From Promethearchaeota archaeon (GTDB lineage Archaea; Asgardarchaeota; Lokiarchaeia; Sigyniarchaeales; SOKP01): a DNA stretch of 64,000 nt. Below are positions 19,857-29,175 of this stretch, in pieces (within the stretch, counting starts at the first letter, position 1; the number at the start of each line of letters is the position of its first letter). The DNA is taken from the NCBI GenBank assembly GCA_016840085.1, contig JAEOTA010000056.1:5328-69327 (forward strand), written 5' to 3'. A model generated the notes under the pieces. It was given only the letters and a program-made list of their open reading frames with translations. It was not told the DNA's origin and made no database searches. The position numbers and the translations under genes are program-made.

Positions 19857-20315
19857 TTATTTTCGAATTTTGTTTCCTAGTTCTTGAGCCCATGCTTTAA
19901 CTTTCTCGGGATCAGTATAATCCATATCAGCATATCTTCCTCCAAAAGCTTCGGTCGCTATTGGCTTAATGTGGGGATTTTTAGTTAATTTTTTGTCTAT
20001 ATATTTTGTAATAGCATCATCATAGCTTTCAGGATCTCCTGCCTTACCAGAGGATAGGAAAATTGCTACATTTTTATCTTTAAAATTATTTTTTAGAAAT
20101 TTATTTACTTTTCCATACCATCTTGCGATTCTAATTCCACTACCGATAATAATATTTTTATATTGAGAAAGATCAGGTTTTGGATTTTTCTTGAGGTTAA
20201 TTAAATCAACTTCAAATTCGTATTGATTCTCCAAAATCTTTGCGATTATGTTAGCATTTTCTTCTGTTACACCCGACTTTGTAGCGTATGCTATAAGGGT
20301 CTTATTTTCATTCAT
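19857..20315 (-). CDS. Flavodoxin domain protein (HemG-like)
   Basis: IAYATKSGVTEENA FMN loop, IIGSGI, FGGR, VKAWA. Confidence 0.88.
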   Translation of the reverse strand: MNENKTLIAYATKSGVTEENANIIAKILENQYEFEVDLINLKKNPKPDLSQYKNIIIGSGIRIARWYGKVNKFLKNNFKDKNVAIFLSSGKAGDPESYDDAITKYIDKKLTKNPHIKPIATEAFGGRYADMDYTDPEKVKAWAQELGNKIRK

Positions 20316-20459
20316 ATTTAAACACCATTTTCAATTAATTTAAGATTTAATTTATATTAAATGGAGTCCAATTTTAGATGATATATTAAGGATCTTTCTT
20401 GATCCATAAAAATAATTCGTATAAATCTAATTTTACCTCTTGTTTCCTATTTTAAAATT

Positions 20460-21305
20460 TTATTGACCTTCATAGAGATTTAAACTTTTTAAAATATCAT
20501 TTACTTTCGAAAATAAACCGATTGTCAGAGTCAATTCTCTTTTTGACATAAAAGCCCGTTCAAATATATTTCTAAAGGCAAAATATACATTTTCTTTTTT
20601 ATAATCTCTTACTTTTAATTTTTCACTTATCTCTTTTACAATTTTCAGGAGTAATTGGCGGTCTTCTCGATCTGCTAATAAAACTGGATTCTCGCCACGT
20701 CCAATATTTAAGATATTTATTTTTTTGAAAATTTCATATAAAATAATTCCACAGGCATGCGATAAATTTAATGAAGGATAACGAATACCAGTTGGAATTC
20801 TTAAAATTATATCAGCGAGGCTAATCTCTTTATTTGTTAATCCTCGAGATTCTTTTCCAAAAAGAATAGCAATTTTTAATAATTTTTCAGAACGTGGAAT
20901 ATGTAAATCTTCGGGAAATATCGCGAGCCTCCTAATATTAGTATATCTCTTCCCTTTTGCTGTTGTTGCGATAACTAAATCATATTGTCTAAGATAGTTT
21001 TTTAACTTAATAATATGTTCTTCATTATCATGAACATCAATAATTTCGGAATTCATTAAAATATCTTTCCCATGCATAGCGAATCCTTGAGTTTTGTAAC
21101 TTAAGATGTTTTCTATAGTCTCAATAGGATTAAAAATTACTAACTTTGTGAAATCGAAATTTTTCATAATTCGTGCAATAGAGCCAATATTCCCCGCATG
21201 CTCAGGCTGAATTAAAACGACTGAAATTGCCACATTTCGATAATCTTCAGCGTGATGGATTTCTTGGAAAGACATTAATTCTCTCTTAACTTTCTTTTTA
21301 TCCAA
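20460..21305 (-). CDS. trmJ: tRNA 2'-O-methyltransferase TrmJ (SPOUT)
   Basis: GNIGSIARIMKNF, FGKESRGLTN, YPSLNLSHA. Confidence 0.9.
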   Translation of the reverse strand: MDKKKVKRELMSFQEIHHAEDYRNVAISVVLIQPEHAGNIGSIARIMKNFDFTKLVIFNPIETIENILSYKTQGFAMHGKDILMNSEIIDVHDNEEHIIKLKNYLRQYDLVIATTAKGKRYTNIRRLAIFPEDLHIPRSEKLLKIAILFGKESRGLTNKEISLADIILRIPTGIRYPSLNLSHACGIILYEIFKKINILNIGRGENPVLLADREDRQLLLKIVKEISEKLKVRDYKKENVYFAFRNIFERAFMSKRELTLTIGLFSKVNDILKSLNLYEGQ

Positions 21306-21440
21306 TTTAGTAATACCTCTTTTGTTTTTAAAGTTCCATAATAAGCAAATTAAATTGATGATTAAAATTTTTTTATAATCTCATATTTTAAGAAAAAAAT
21401 AAAATAAAATTAAGAAATTCAGCAAATCATTAGAAAAACG

Positions 21441-22085
21441 CTATTTTAGCTGTGAGTATGGTAGAGGAAATATTTGTACTAAACGCTCCTTTGGTGCTAA
21501 TTCTCGAAGCCCCCTAAACCATTCTTTCATACCCTCAACAGCGGGTTGATAATTTTTTGGACCTATAGCTCCTTTCCATATATCAATAACTTCATTCGGA
21601 TTTCCAGCGATAGGCCGCCAACTTGCAATAATTGGGAAAGTGTTTGAACCCATCTTCACGCCTTCAATGAAATCCGGCATTTTATTGGGAGCTACCTCGA
21701 GAATTGCCATACTATAAACTTTAAGCGCTTTTTTCTGACTTTCTTCGATTGCTTTATGCAAATTTTCGGGTGGAATCGCTCCAATAGGTTCTAAAAGTCG
21801 TGTATGTCTTTCTGGAGCGAAATCTTCTAATTGTGCTGAATATTCACCCCATTGTTTATCTTGGCTAGTTTTAATGCGAAAATCCTTTAATGCATTCATA
21901 TCTTCAAACTCCAATACATGTGTCACCTGAGCGAACCACTCATAAGTGCTAAACCAAGCAGCCACCAAACATGAACCTAGACGTTTGCAAGTAGGAACCA
22001 GCAATTCTTGCGCTATCTTTATAAAAGAATCAAGAATTTCTGGTGTAGCTGGTGTAAGATTATAAATTTCTTGCAAATAAATCAT
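21441..22085 (-). CDS. NIPSNAP-like dimeric alpha/beta barrel protein
   Basis: IYLQEIYNL, AWFST...VTHVLEF, PLPYSQLK end. Confidence 0.7.
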   Translation of the reverse strand: MIYLQEIYNLTPATPEILDSFIKIAQELLVPTCKRLGSCLVAAWFSTYEWFAQVTHVLEFEDMNALKDFRIKTSQDKQWGEYSAQLEDFAPERHTRLLEPIGAIPPENLHKAIEESQKKALKVYSMAILEVAPNKMPDFIEGVKMGSNTFPIIASWRPIAGNPNEVIDIWKGAIGPKNYQPAVEGMKEWFRGLRELAPKERLVQIFPLPYSQLK

Positions 22086-22190
22086 ACCTTAATTTCACCT
22101 TTATTTTCTAGTTATTATGAATTTCAATTTCAAGATAAAAAATATTTTAATAAATAATTTATCTTGGAACTATTTAAAATTAAGTTAAAA

Positions 22191-23021
22191 TCAATTCTCT
22201 AAAAAATCTATAATTATTTTATTAACCTCAGATGCTCTCGATAATGTCATAAAATGACCAGCATTTTTAATTATTTTTAATGTGCTATTTGGAATTTTTT
22301 TAAGAATTTCATACATAGATGATTTTGTTATGAGTCTATCATGAGACGCTGCTAATAGTAGTGTTTGTTTTTTAATTTTATGCAATTTACCTAAAGTATT
22401 ATGCTCTTTCATAGCATTTCCTTGATTGATGATATCTTGTGGTCTGGAAGGATTAATCTGGTTCTCTTTTATTAAAGTTTCTAAAGAAAATGAATTATAA
22501 TATACTTTTTTCGGATTTGACTTTAGATTACTTCTAAATTTTTGATGAAATGTGAAATATGCTTTATTCCAAAATGCTTTTTCTGGGGCAGTTCTTAATA
22601 ATTCAATTTCCTGAATTCGATTACTTATAATCGAATCTATAGCTTCCTTTTGGTCAAATTTAGAGCTTGTTGCTATTAGAACAAGCTTTTCTACGCAATT
22701 GGGATACTTTAACACAAAATTTTGAGCTATCATCCCTCCAAGTGATCTACCAATAAGATGAGTTAATTTAATATGAAAAAAATCCATTAGACCTTTAATA
22801 TCGTCTGCAAACATTTCCATCGTATAGTGAAAATCAGGTCTATCAGACATGCCTGCTCCTCGCAGGTCGAAAGTGATTATTTTAAATCTTTTACTTAATT
22901 CTAAAACTTGAGGTTGCCAAATCTCCTTTTTTGAGCCAAATCCATGAATAAATATTACTGGAAAACCTTCTCCTTTCATTTCATAAGAAATATTAATTCC
23001 ATTTGCATTTGCAAAACTCAT
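22191..23021 (-). CDS. Alpha/beta hydrolase
   Basis: FIHGFG, FDLRGAG, GRSLGG, AGHF; ATG at 23021. Confidence 0.9.
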   Translation of the reverse strand: MSFANANGINISYEMKGEGFPVIFIHGFGSKKEIWQPQVLELSKRFKIITFDLRGAGMSDRPDFHYTMEMFADDIKGLMDFFHIKLTHLIGRSLGGMIAQNFVLKYPNCVEKLVLIATSSKFDQKEAIDSIISNRIQEIELLRTAPEKAFWNKAYFTFHQKFRSNLKSNPKKVYYNSFSLETLIKENQINPSRPQDIINQGNAMKEHNTLGKLHKIKKQTLLLAASHDRLITKSSMYEILKKIPNSTLKIIKNAGHFMTLSRASEVNKIIIDFLEN

Positions 23022-23129
23022 AGTTTTAGTAAGAAATGTGTAGAAGATATAATTGAAAAGATTATACATTTTTTAAAGATAATCGATTAATAACTCTTAT
23101 TATTATAAATAAAATTTAATGCGATAGCA

Positions 23130-24809
23130 TTGTCTAAAGAAATACTCGAACAAATTACGGAAGCTTCTTTTAAAGGAGATTATAAAACAATTGGACGATT
23201 AGTGAGAAAAGCACGAAGAGAAGGATATTCAAATGAAAAGATAATAGGTGCGCTCTCTGCAGGATTAATTGATGTAAGTGAAAAGTATAAGAAACAGGGT
23301 ATGTATTTAGATGACATTATTAAAGCTGCGGGAGCATTTGAGGCAGGATTTCAATCTTTAGGTTTACAAGATGAATCTAAAGAACCAGAGAAAAAAGTAG
23401 TTTTGGGAGTTATGGGGGGACCTTGGACAATAGGAACAAATATTGTAGCAGCAAATTTGAAAGCCCATGGTTTTGAAGTAATTAATGCAGGATCTGATAT
23501 TTCACCCAAAGAAATTGCTGAAACAGTAAAAAACAGTAAAGCAAAAATCGTAGCATCGGCAATTTACTTGATGCAATCAATTAAAGATATTGAGAGTTTA
23601 GAAAATCAATTATGGAAAAATGGAATTCGTCATAAAATTCGAACAATTCTAAGTGGTCCAGCAGGTTCAAAACAACTAGCGGAGAAATATAATTATGATG
23701 CATTTGTTAAAGACGTAAACGAGTTAATTGTTAAAGTAAAAGAATTCTCGGACGATCTCAAATCAGAAATGACCTCATATGATAGAGTTATGACTTCTGT
23801 TAAACATAGTGAACCCGATAGAGTTCCGTTTATGCCATTTGCCCAAACGTTTACAGCCAAATTTGCGGGAATTCCATTTTCAGAATATGTAAGTAAAGCT
23901 GAAAAATTTGTTGAGGCGCAGTTAAAAGCTTACAATTTTTTTGGATGGGATGCTCTCTGTTTTTCATCTGATGTAGGGATGTATGCTGAAGCATTAGGAG
24001 CAAAAATTGAATTTCCTTATGATGATGTACCAAGAATAGCTAAACCTGTGCTTAATCATACTTCAATGTATAAAGATTTCATATCACTTGAAATTCCAAA
24101 TCTTAATAATGCAGGACGGTTAACAGAGTCAATTAAAGCAATAGAACTCACAAAAAAAGAAGTAAAAAATGAAGTGCCGCTAATTGGTTGGACAGAAGGA
24201 CCATTTCAAGGAGTCACATTATTAGCAGGAGGTGATCTTATGCAATTTTTTTATGTATTAGAACATCCTGATGAATTTAAAGAAATATTAGATTGGTACG
24301 CAAATTTTGAAATTGAAGTTGCTGAAGCTATGTATGAAGCTGGCGCTGATATAATTGGTGTTGGAGAAACTGCAGCATATTTCATGTCTCCAAAATTCTA
24401 TGAGGATTTTTGTTTGAAACCAGAAAAAAAAGCCTGTAATGCTATAAAAAAGATGCGTATGATTCCACTCATTCATTGTTGTGGATATGTTCCACAATGC
24501 ATTCATTTTGCAAAAGAAACAAATCCGGGTGGGGCCATTCAATTTGATTATCAAGTTGATTTGGAATGGGCAAAAAAACTTATCGGTGATGAGGTAACTA
24601 TTATGGGAAATCTTAATTATAATAAATTACTTACAGCAAGTCCACAACAAGTATATGAAGATTGTGCGACACATATTAAAATAGCTGCGCAAGGAGGAGG
24701 GTATTGGTTAGCTTTTGGTTGTGAAATACCTCGTGATCTTCCAATACAGAATCTTAGAGCAATTTTACGTGCAACTAAAACTGTAGCGAAATATTCTTTT
24801 AACAAATAA
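23130..24809 (+). CDS. Corrinoid-binding domain fused to MtaA/CmuA (URO-D family) methyltransferase
   Basis: B12 cap + Rossmann domain (IGTNIVAANLKAHGFEVINAG); PDRVP, EALGA, IHCCG, GNL, GCEIP. Confidence 0.88.
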   Translation: MSKEILEQITEASFKGDYKTIGRLVRKARREGYSNEKIIGALSAGLIDVSEKYKKQGMYLDDIIKAAGAFEAGFQSLGLQDESKEPEKKVVLGVMGGPWTIGTNIVAANLKAHGFEVINAGSDISPKEIAETVKNSKAKIVASAIYLMQSIKDIESLENQLWKNGIRHKIRTILSGPAGSKQLAEKYNYDAFVKDVNELIVKVKEFSDDLKSEMTSYDRVMTSVKHSEPDRVPFMPFAQTFTAKFAGIPFSEYVSKAEKFVEAQLKAYNFFGWDALCFSSDVGMYAEALGAKIEFPYDDVPRIAKPVLNHTSMYKDFISLEIPNLNNAGRLTESIKAIELTKKEVKNEVPLIGWTEGPFQGVTLLAGGDLMQFFYVLEHPDEFKEILDWYANFEIEVAEAMYEAGADIIGVGETAAYFMSPKFYEDFCLKPEKKACNAIKKMRMIPLIHCCGYVPQCIHFAKETNPGGAIQFDYQVDLEWAKKLIGDEVTIMGNLNYNKLLTASPQQVYEDCATHIKIAAQGGGYWLAFGCEIPRDLPIQNLRAILRATKTVAKYSFNK

Positions 24810-24972
24810 TTTTCATTATCAATGCCTCTCTTTTTAGTTGTTAGTTTTAATGAAAGATATAAATATGAGAAGTATCATTAATTAGTTAAAATATTAATTT
24901 ACTATTTGAGAATATTAATTAGCTTAAAGTAGATTTTATCAAAAGAAATTAATTTTAATTGGTTTGAATTAA

Positions 24973-25566
24973 ATGCCGGTATATCGAAATATCGGGGAGT
25001 TCCTTGAATTTATCAATATTAGCAACGATAAATTTACATTTTTTGAATGGAAGCCTTCCCAGTCGTTCAGAAGATTTGATTTAGACCTAAATATCGTTAG
25101 AGAAAATGAAACTGCGGATATTTTTTTTCATAAAGATAAGGGTAATATGAAAATTGTCTATATAAGAAAAAATAATCTTATTTATACAGTAGGGTCGAGT
25201 CCAGAAGTACAATTTCAATTATTAGAAGCATTACTAGAATATATAGATTTAAAATTCAATGAAACTTATGATGTTGAAGTTATTTTATCTTATGGTAATT
25301 TCTCTCCTAACATTTTTGATGGATTTAAAGAAACTACTAAAGATATTTTAGCTAATTTTGCAGAGTTAGATTTAGTAAAAAGAATTCACATAGAATGTAG
25401 AGTCTGTAAGAAAGTCTTACCTTTATTTGTTAAAAAAAGCTTTATACAAAATGCTGAGTCCTATCCTGTTCCTATTGTATATGTTCATGCAGGACATGCC
25501 ACACTCTGTTTTATAGATCAAGATTTTCACCATCGTGGCGTAGAACTTGTTAATATTACAGGCTGA
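24973..25566 (+). CDS. Longin-like domain + C-terminal Zn-binding domain protein
   Basis: Longin-like beta/alpha pattern (KIVYIRKNNLIYTVG..LEALLEYIDLKF); CRVC..HAGH..FIDQDF.RGVE tail. Confidence 0.55.
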   Translation: MPVYRNIGEFLEFINISNDKFTFFEWKPSQSFRRFDLDLNIVRENETADIFFHKDKGNMKIVYIRKNNLIYTVGSSPEVQFQLLEALLEYIDLKFNETYDVEVILSYGNFSPNIFDGFKETTKDILANFAELDLVKRIHIECRVCKKVLPLFVKKSFIQNAESYPVPIVYVHAGHATLCFIDQDFHHRGVELVNITG

Positions 25567-25682
25567 ATAAGTTATACTCAGTAATTTTATAATTAATTGT
25601 TCTCTTCTAAGAAGAGTTAATTTTAATCTATTAATTGTTCAACAGAAGAAATTATTATAAGATCTTTATTCTTTTAATTAAT

Positions 25683-26726
25683 ATGGTAGAAAATCAGAAT
25701 TCCAACGAAGAAGAAAATTTCTATGAAGATATTGTAAAAAAGACTAAAACAGGAATAACATTTCCAAAAGATTTAAGAGATCTATTATTCCAAGAAGATT
25801 CAGATGTATTTTTTAGGATAATAATTCCGAAAACAAAAGATAAAATAATTTTAGAGTTTTTAGCTGAAGAAGAGGTAAAAGAACTTTCAGAAAAAATAAA
25901 GGCTAAAAAACCGAAAGCAGCTAGAACTATAGGCGAAAAACGAGTTGTTAAAGCAAAAAAATCGATAGGACCAAGCCCCGCTTGGGGTGAATATTTTGTA
26001 TATGATTTTGAGGCAAAAGACAAAATTCAACCTATTTTAGAATCTGCCTTTTATAAATTTAATGAAACTCCTGTCAATTTAGAAGATGCTATGGGACGTG
26101 TTAAATATGCGTTAGTCTCATTTCTCACACCTACTAAAACAGAAAATGCAAAATTATATTTTGCAGTCGAGAAGTTTTTATTAGATATTATAGAAAAATT
26201 CAATCAACCTAATTTACTTGATTGGATTTTTGATAAAGTTGTGCCAAATATAGAATCTAGATTCCTCTATGAATTAGCATTATTGGAACTTGTAGAAGCT
26301 AGCTTAAAGTTTAAACGCTGGGAAAAAGCAGAACTCTATATTTTTCATGTCTTAAAAAACATAGATGAGTACCCAAAAACAGAAATGTATAATGTTATGA
26401 ATAGCTTCAAACAATTAGTAAAAAAGGTAAAATGGGTTGAAAGATCAGATAAAATAGATATTCTACTTAAAGAAAAATTAATGGAATATGGGGAAGGCGT
26501 AGATGACGCTGATTATAAAATTCAGATTATTGAATTTTTAGAAGATTTGAAATATGTAGAACTTGCTTATGAAATGGCTAAAAAAGTTCAAAAGAGTTTA
26601 CCTCCTGAGAGTGTGAAAGTAGAAGATATCAGAAAAATAGTGAGAAGATTACACATTACTCCCGTAGAGAATAAACCCGAATCATCAGTAGATTTTGATG
26701 ATGAAGAAGATGTAAAAGAGGAGTAA
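25683..26726 (+). CDS. Hypothetical protein with AbrB-like N-terminus and helical-repeat C-terminus
   Basis: GITFPKDLRDLL AbrB-like motif; all-helical, TPR-like remainder; ATG at 25683. Confidence 0.6.
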   Translation: MVENQNSNEEENFYEDIVKKTKTGITFPKDLRDLLFQEDSDVFFRIIIPKTKDKIILEFLAEEEVKELSEKIKAKKPKAARTIGEKRVVKAKKSIGPSPAWGEYFVYDFEAKDKIQPILESAFYKFNETPVNLEDAMGRVKYALVSFLTPTKTENAKLYFAVEKFLLDIIEKFNQPNLLDWIFDKVVPNIESRFLYELALLELVEASLKFKRWEKAELYIFHVLKNIDEYPKTEMYNVMNSFKQLVKKVKWVERSDKIDILLKEKLMEYGEGVDDADYKIQIIEFLEDLKYVELAYEMAKKVQKSLPPESVKVEDIRKIVRRLHITPVENKPESSVDFDDEEDVKEE

Positions 26727-26754
26727 TTTAGAGTCGAATTACAGAATAAGTATC

Positions 26755-27999
26755 TTAGGGTGGATTTTGTTCTTCTTCTTTTTTCTTTATTTCTTTTAAT
26801 TTTTCTTCAACATGTTTAGCTTCTTCTTCTAAAATCTTTTGTTCTTTCTCTTTAATAATTTTCTCCTTTAATTCGAGCTCAACTTTAGACAATTCCTTTT
26901 CTTTCTCAATTAATTCCTCTTTTATTTTCAAAGTTTTCTCTTTTTCTAAAATCTCCTTTTCTTCTAATTCTTTTTCTTTCTCTTCTATTTCTAATTTCTT
27001 CTTTTTAATTTCTAAGTCTTTTATCTTTAATTCTATTTTTTTATCGATGATTTCGGATTCTTCTTTCTTTAATTTTTTTGGTAATTTTTTTTTAACTTTT
27101 TTATCAATATCTATATCCTCTTCTGACAATTTACTCTCTTCTTCTAGCAATTCCTCTTTTAATTTTAATACTTTCTCTTTTTCTTTAATGGTTTTTTCTT
27201 CAATTTGCTTTTCTTTTTCTTCTAATTCTAATTTTTTCTTCTTAATCTCTAATTCTTTCTTTTTTAATTCAATTTCTTTATCTATAACTTCAGCTTCTTC
27301 TTCCTCTAAGCTCCTTTCCTTTTTTTCTTCAGTAAATTCGACAATTTCTTCAATTTTTTCAACAGTCATAAATCCTTTTAAAATATTATCAATATTTTTC
27401 TTTATTTCCTTATTTTCGGGAGTATTTACTATCTCTTTAGCATAATCAGTTAAAATTTTTGTTACTTTTGAAGGAGATTTTCGACCTATCGCTTTTAAAG
27501 CTTGAATCGCTTTCTCAACAACAAAATCTTTCTCGTCTGTAAGCTTTAAAGCTATGGTTTTAATTAATGATTCATCATCTAAAGTTGTCTCTCCTCCTGC
27601 CATATATATTAACAACTGTAAATCTGCTTCTCTTACATTGGGATCATCAGAATTTAATAAATTTTCACTAAAAGGTAGAAATAAATCGCACTCATTTTCG
27701 CAAATTGTCTTTAATAGCAATAAAAATGTATATCTTAAGACAGAGTCTTTTGTGGAAAGGTTTTCTAATAACGAAGGGATGTCGATGATGATATTCTCAA
27801 TTAGAAATCGTAATACCGTGCGTCCTCCATGCAAAATCAATAAATTCTCGATTACAATTTCAAGTCTATCTAAATAATCCTCATCGGCAGCATCTCCAAG
27901 CAAAAGGGCAATAACTTGCACAACATCATCAAATCTCCCATCTTGTATAAAATCTTTAATTTGATTAATTTCTGTTAAATATTTTTCATTATTACTCAT
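26755..27999 (-). CDS. HEAT-repeat protein with long Glu/Lys coiled-coil tail
   Basis: LLNSDDPNVREA and LTDEKDFVVEKAIQAL HEAT units; ~190-aa E/K-rich tail. Confidence 0.8.
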   Translation of the reverse strand: MSNNEKYLTEINQIKDFIQDGRFDDVVQVIALLLGDAADEDYLDRLEIVIENLLILHGGRTVLRFLIENIIIDIPSLLENLSTKDSVLRYTFLLLLKTICENECDLFLPFSENLLNSDDPNVREADLQLLIYMAGGETTLDDESLIKTIALKLTDEKDFVVEKAIQALKAIGRKSPSKVTKILTDYAKEIVNTPENKEIKKNIDNILKGFMTVEKIEEIVEFTEEKKERSLEEEEAEVIDKEIELKKKELEIKKKKLELEEKEKQIEEKTIKEKEKVLKLKEELLEEESKLSEEDIDIDKKVKKKLPKKLKKEESEIIDKKIELKIKDLEIKKKKLEIEEKEKELEEKEILEKEKTLKIKEELIEKEKELSKVELELKEKIIKEKEQKILEEEAKHVEEKLKEIKKKEEEQNPP

Positions 28000-28029
28000 C
28001 TAAAATCACTTTCCTTTTAAATATTATTT

Positions 28030-28983
28030 TTATACCCGAATTATATAATAGTCCGTGTAAATGCGAGTTATAAAATTTAATATTAATCTTAAATCCCTAA
28101 ATCTAAGGGCTATTCTTTTTTCATCCTCCGAATAATTATTAGTTAATAGAGATATTGATAGAGTTATTTCTAAATTTTGATTTCTATCCATCTGTAAATG
28201 AATCTCATCACAATATTGCGTTAAAGCATTAAGATCTTCCCGGAATGTATTCCAAAAGTATAAATCTGCTTTAGAATCATCATCTTGGGAGGGTTCACTT
28301 TTAACTTGTTTAAGAACATCATAGGGAATTTTCACGGCTATTTTTACATACTTAGAAGGGATTAACTTTAAATTTATTTCAGGAAAATATATCCCCGCAT
28401 AAAGTCTACAGAGGTTATATAATAATTCTATACTTTCAATATCTTCACGATTTGCATTACAAAGAACATAATTTTCATTTAAAAATAACACATGAATCTT
28501 GTCACCGAATTTAAAAATTAAATAATTATCAGTTAAGATATAATTGAAATGTTCGTTCCTATTATTTATTCTATCATCAAAAATTTTAAGAACATCATCC
28601 CATTTCTTAAAATTTATTAATTTATTTAATTTGCGATAATCTCCATGAAAAAAAACATCTAAAAAATCTATTACATATAAATAACTATCATATGGTCGGT
28701 ATACAATAGTTCTATTTCTAAAATCCCTCTCTATAACACCTTTATGTACACTGTAACAAAATTTAGGCAAATCTTCTATACTTAATCCATTTTTAATCCT
28801 TAATTTCAGTAAAAATCTTCTTGAGCACATAGGTGTTAAGGTACAAAGTATTCTATCGCGCTCACATTCCTCAAAACATAGGGTTTTTATTCTTTTATTG
28901 AGTAAGTCAAGTAACTCTGATTTGAATTTTGTATCTGATTCATTATCCAAAAAATGTGCTATGTGATTAGGTTGTAAAGGCAT
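28030..28983 (-). CDS. Hypothetical protein with N-terminal Cys cluster
   Basis: CFEECERDRILCTLTPMC...FCYSVH. Confidence 0.7.
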   Translation of the reverse strand: MPLQPNHIAHFLDNESDTKFKSELLDLLNKRIKTLCFEECERDRILCTLTPMCSRRFLLKLRIKNGLSIEDLPKFCYSVHKGVIERDFRNRTIVYRPYDSYLYVIDFLDVFFHGDYRKLNKLINFKKWDDVLKIFDDRINNRNEHFNYILTDNYLIFKFGDKIHVLFLNENYVLCNANREDIESIELLYNLCRLYAGIYFPEINLKLIPSKYVKIAVKIPYDVLKQVKSEPSQDDDSKADLYFWNTFREDLNALTQYCDEIHLQMDRNQNLEITLSISLLTNNYSEDEKRIALRFRDLRLILNFITRIYTDYYIIRV

Positions 28984-28984
28984 C

Positions 28985-29036
28985 TAAGTATTAAAATCTA
29001 ATATTTAAGTATTATAAGTATTAAAATCTAATATTT
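28985..29036. repeat. 22-bp direct repeat TAAGTATTAAAATCTAATATTT x2 (30-bp period)
   Basis: Copies at 28985-29006 and 29015-29036. Confidence 0.85.
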
Positions 29037-29175
29037 TTTATTGTTTTTTAAAGCATAATTAGAGAAGATAAGAATTTATAATTATTGGATAATAAATAAA
29101 GAATTATTAATTATCATTTCTTTTTTTTTTATAAACCTTAATAATCTCTATTAAAACCATAAGGATAAACAAAAG

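Noticed and set aside
27047-27877. Plus-strand F/S-rich ORFs (also 3374-4208, 25721-26023, 39649-40002 and similar)
   Set aside because: Antisense shadows of well-supported genes
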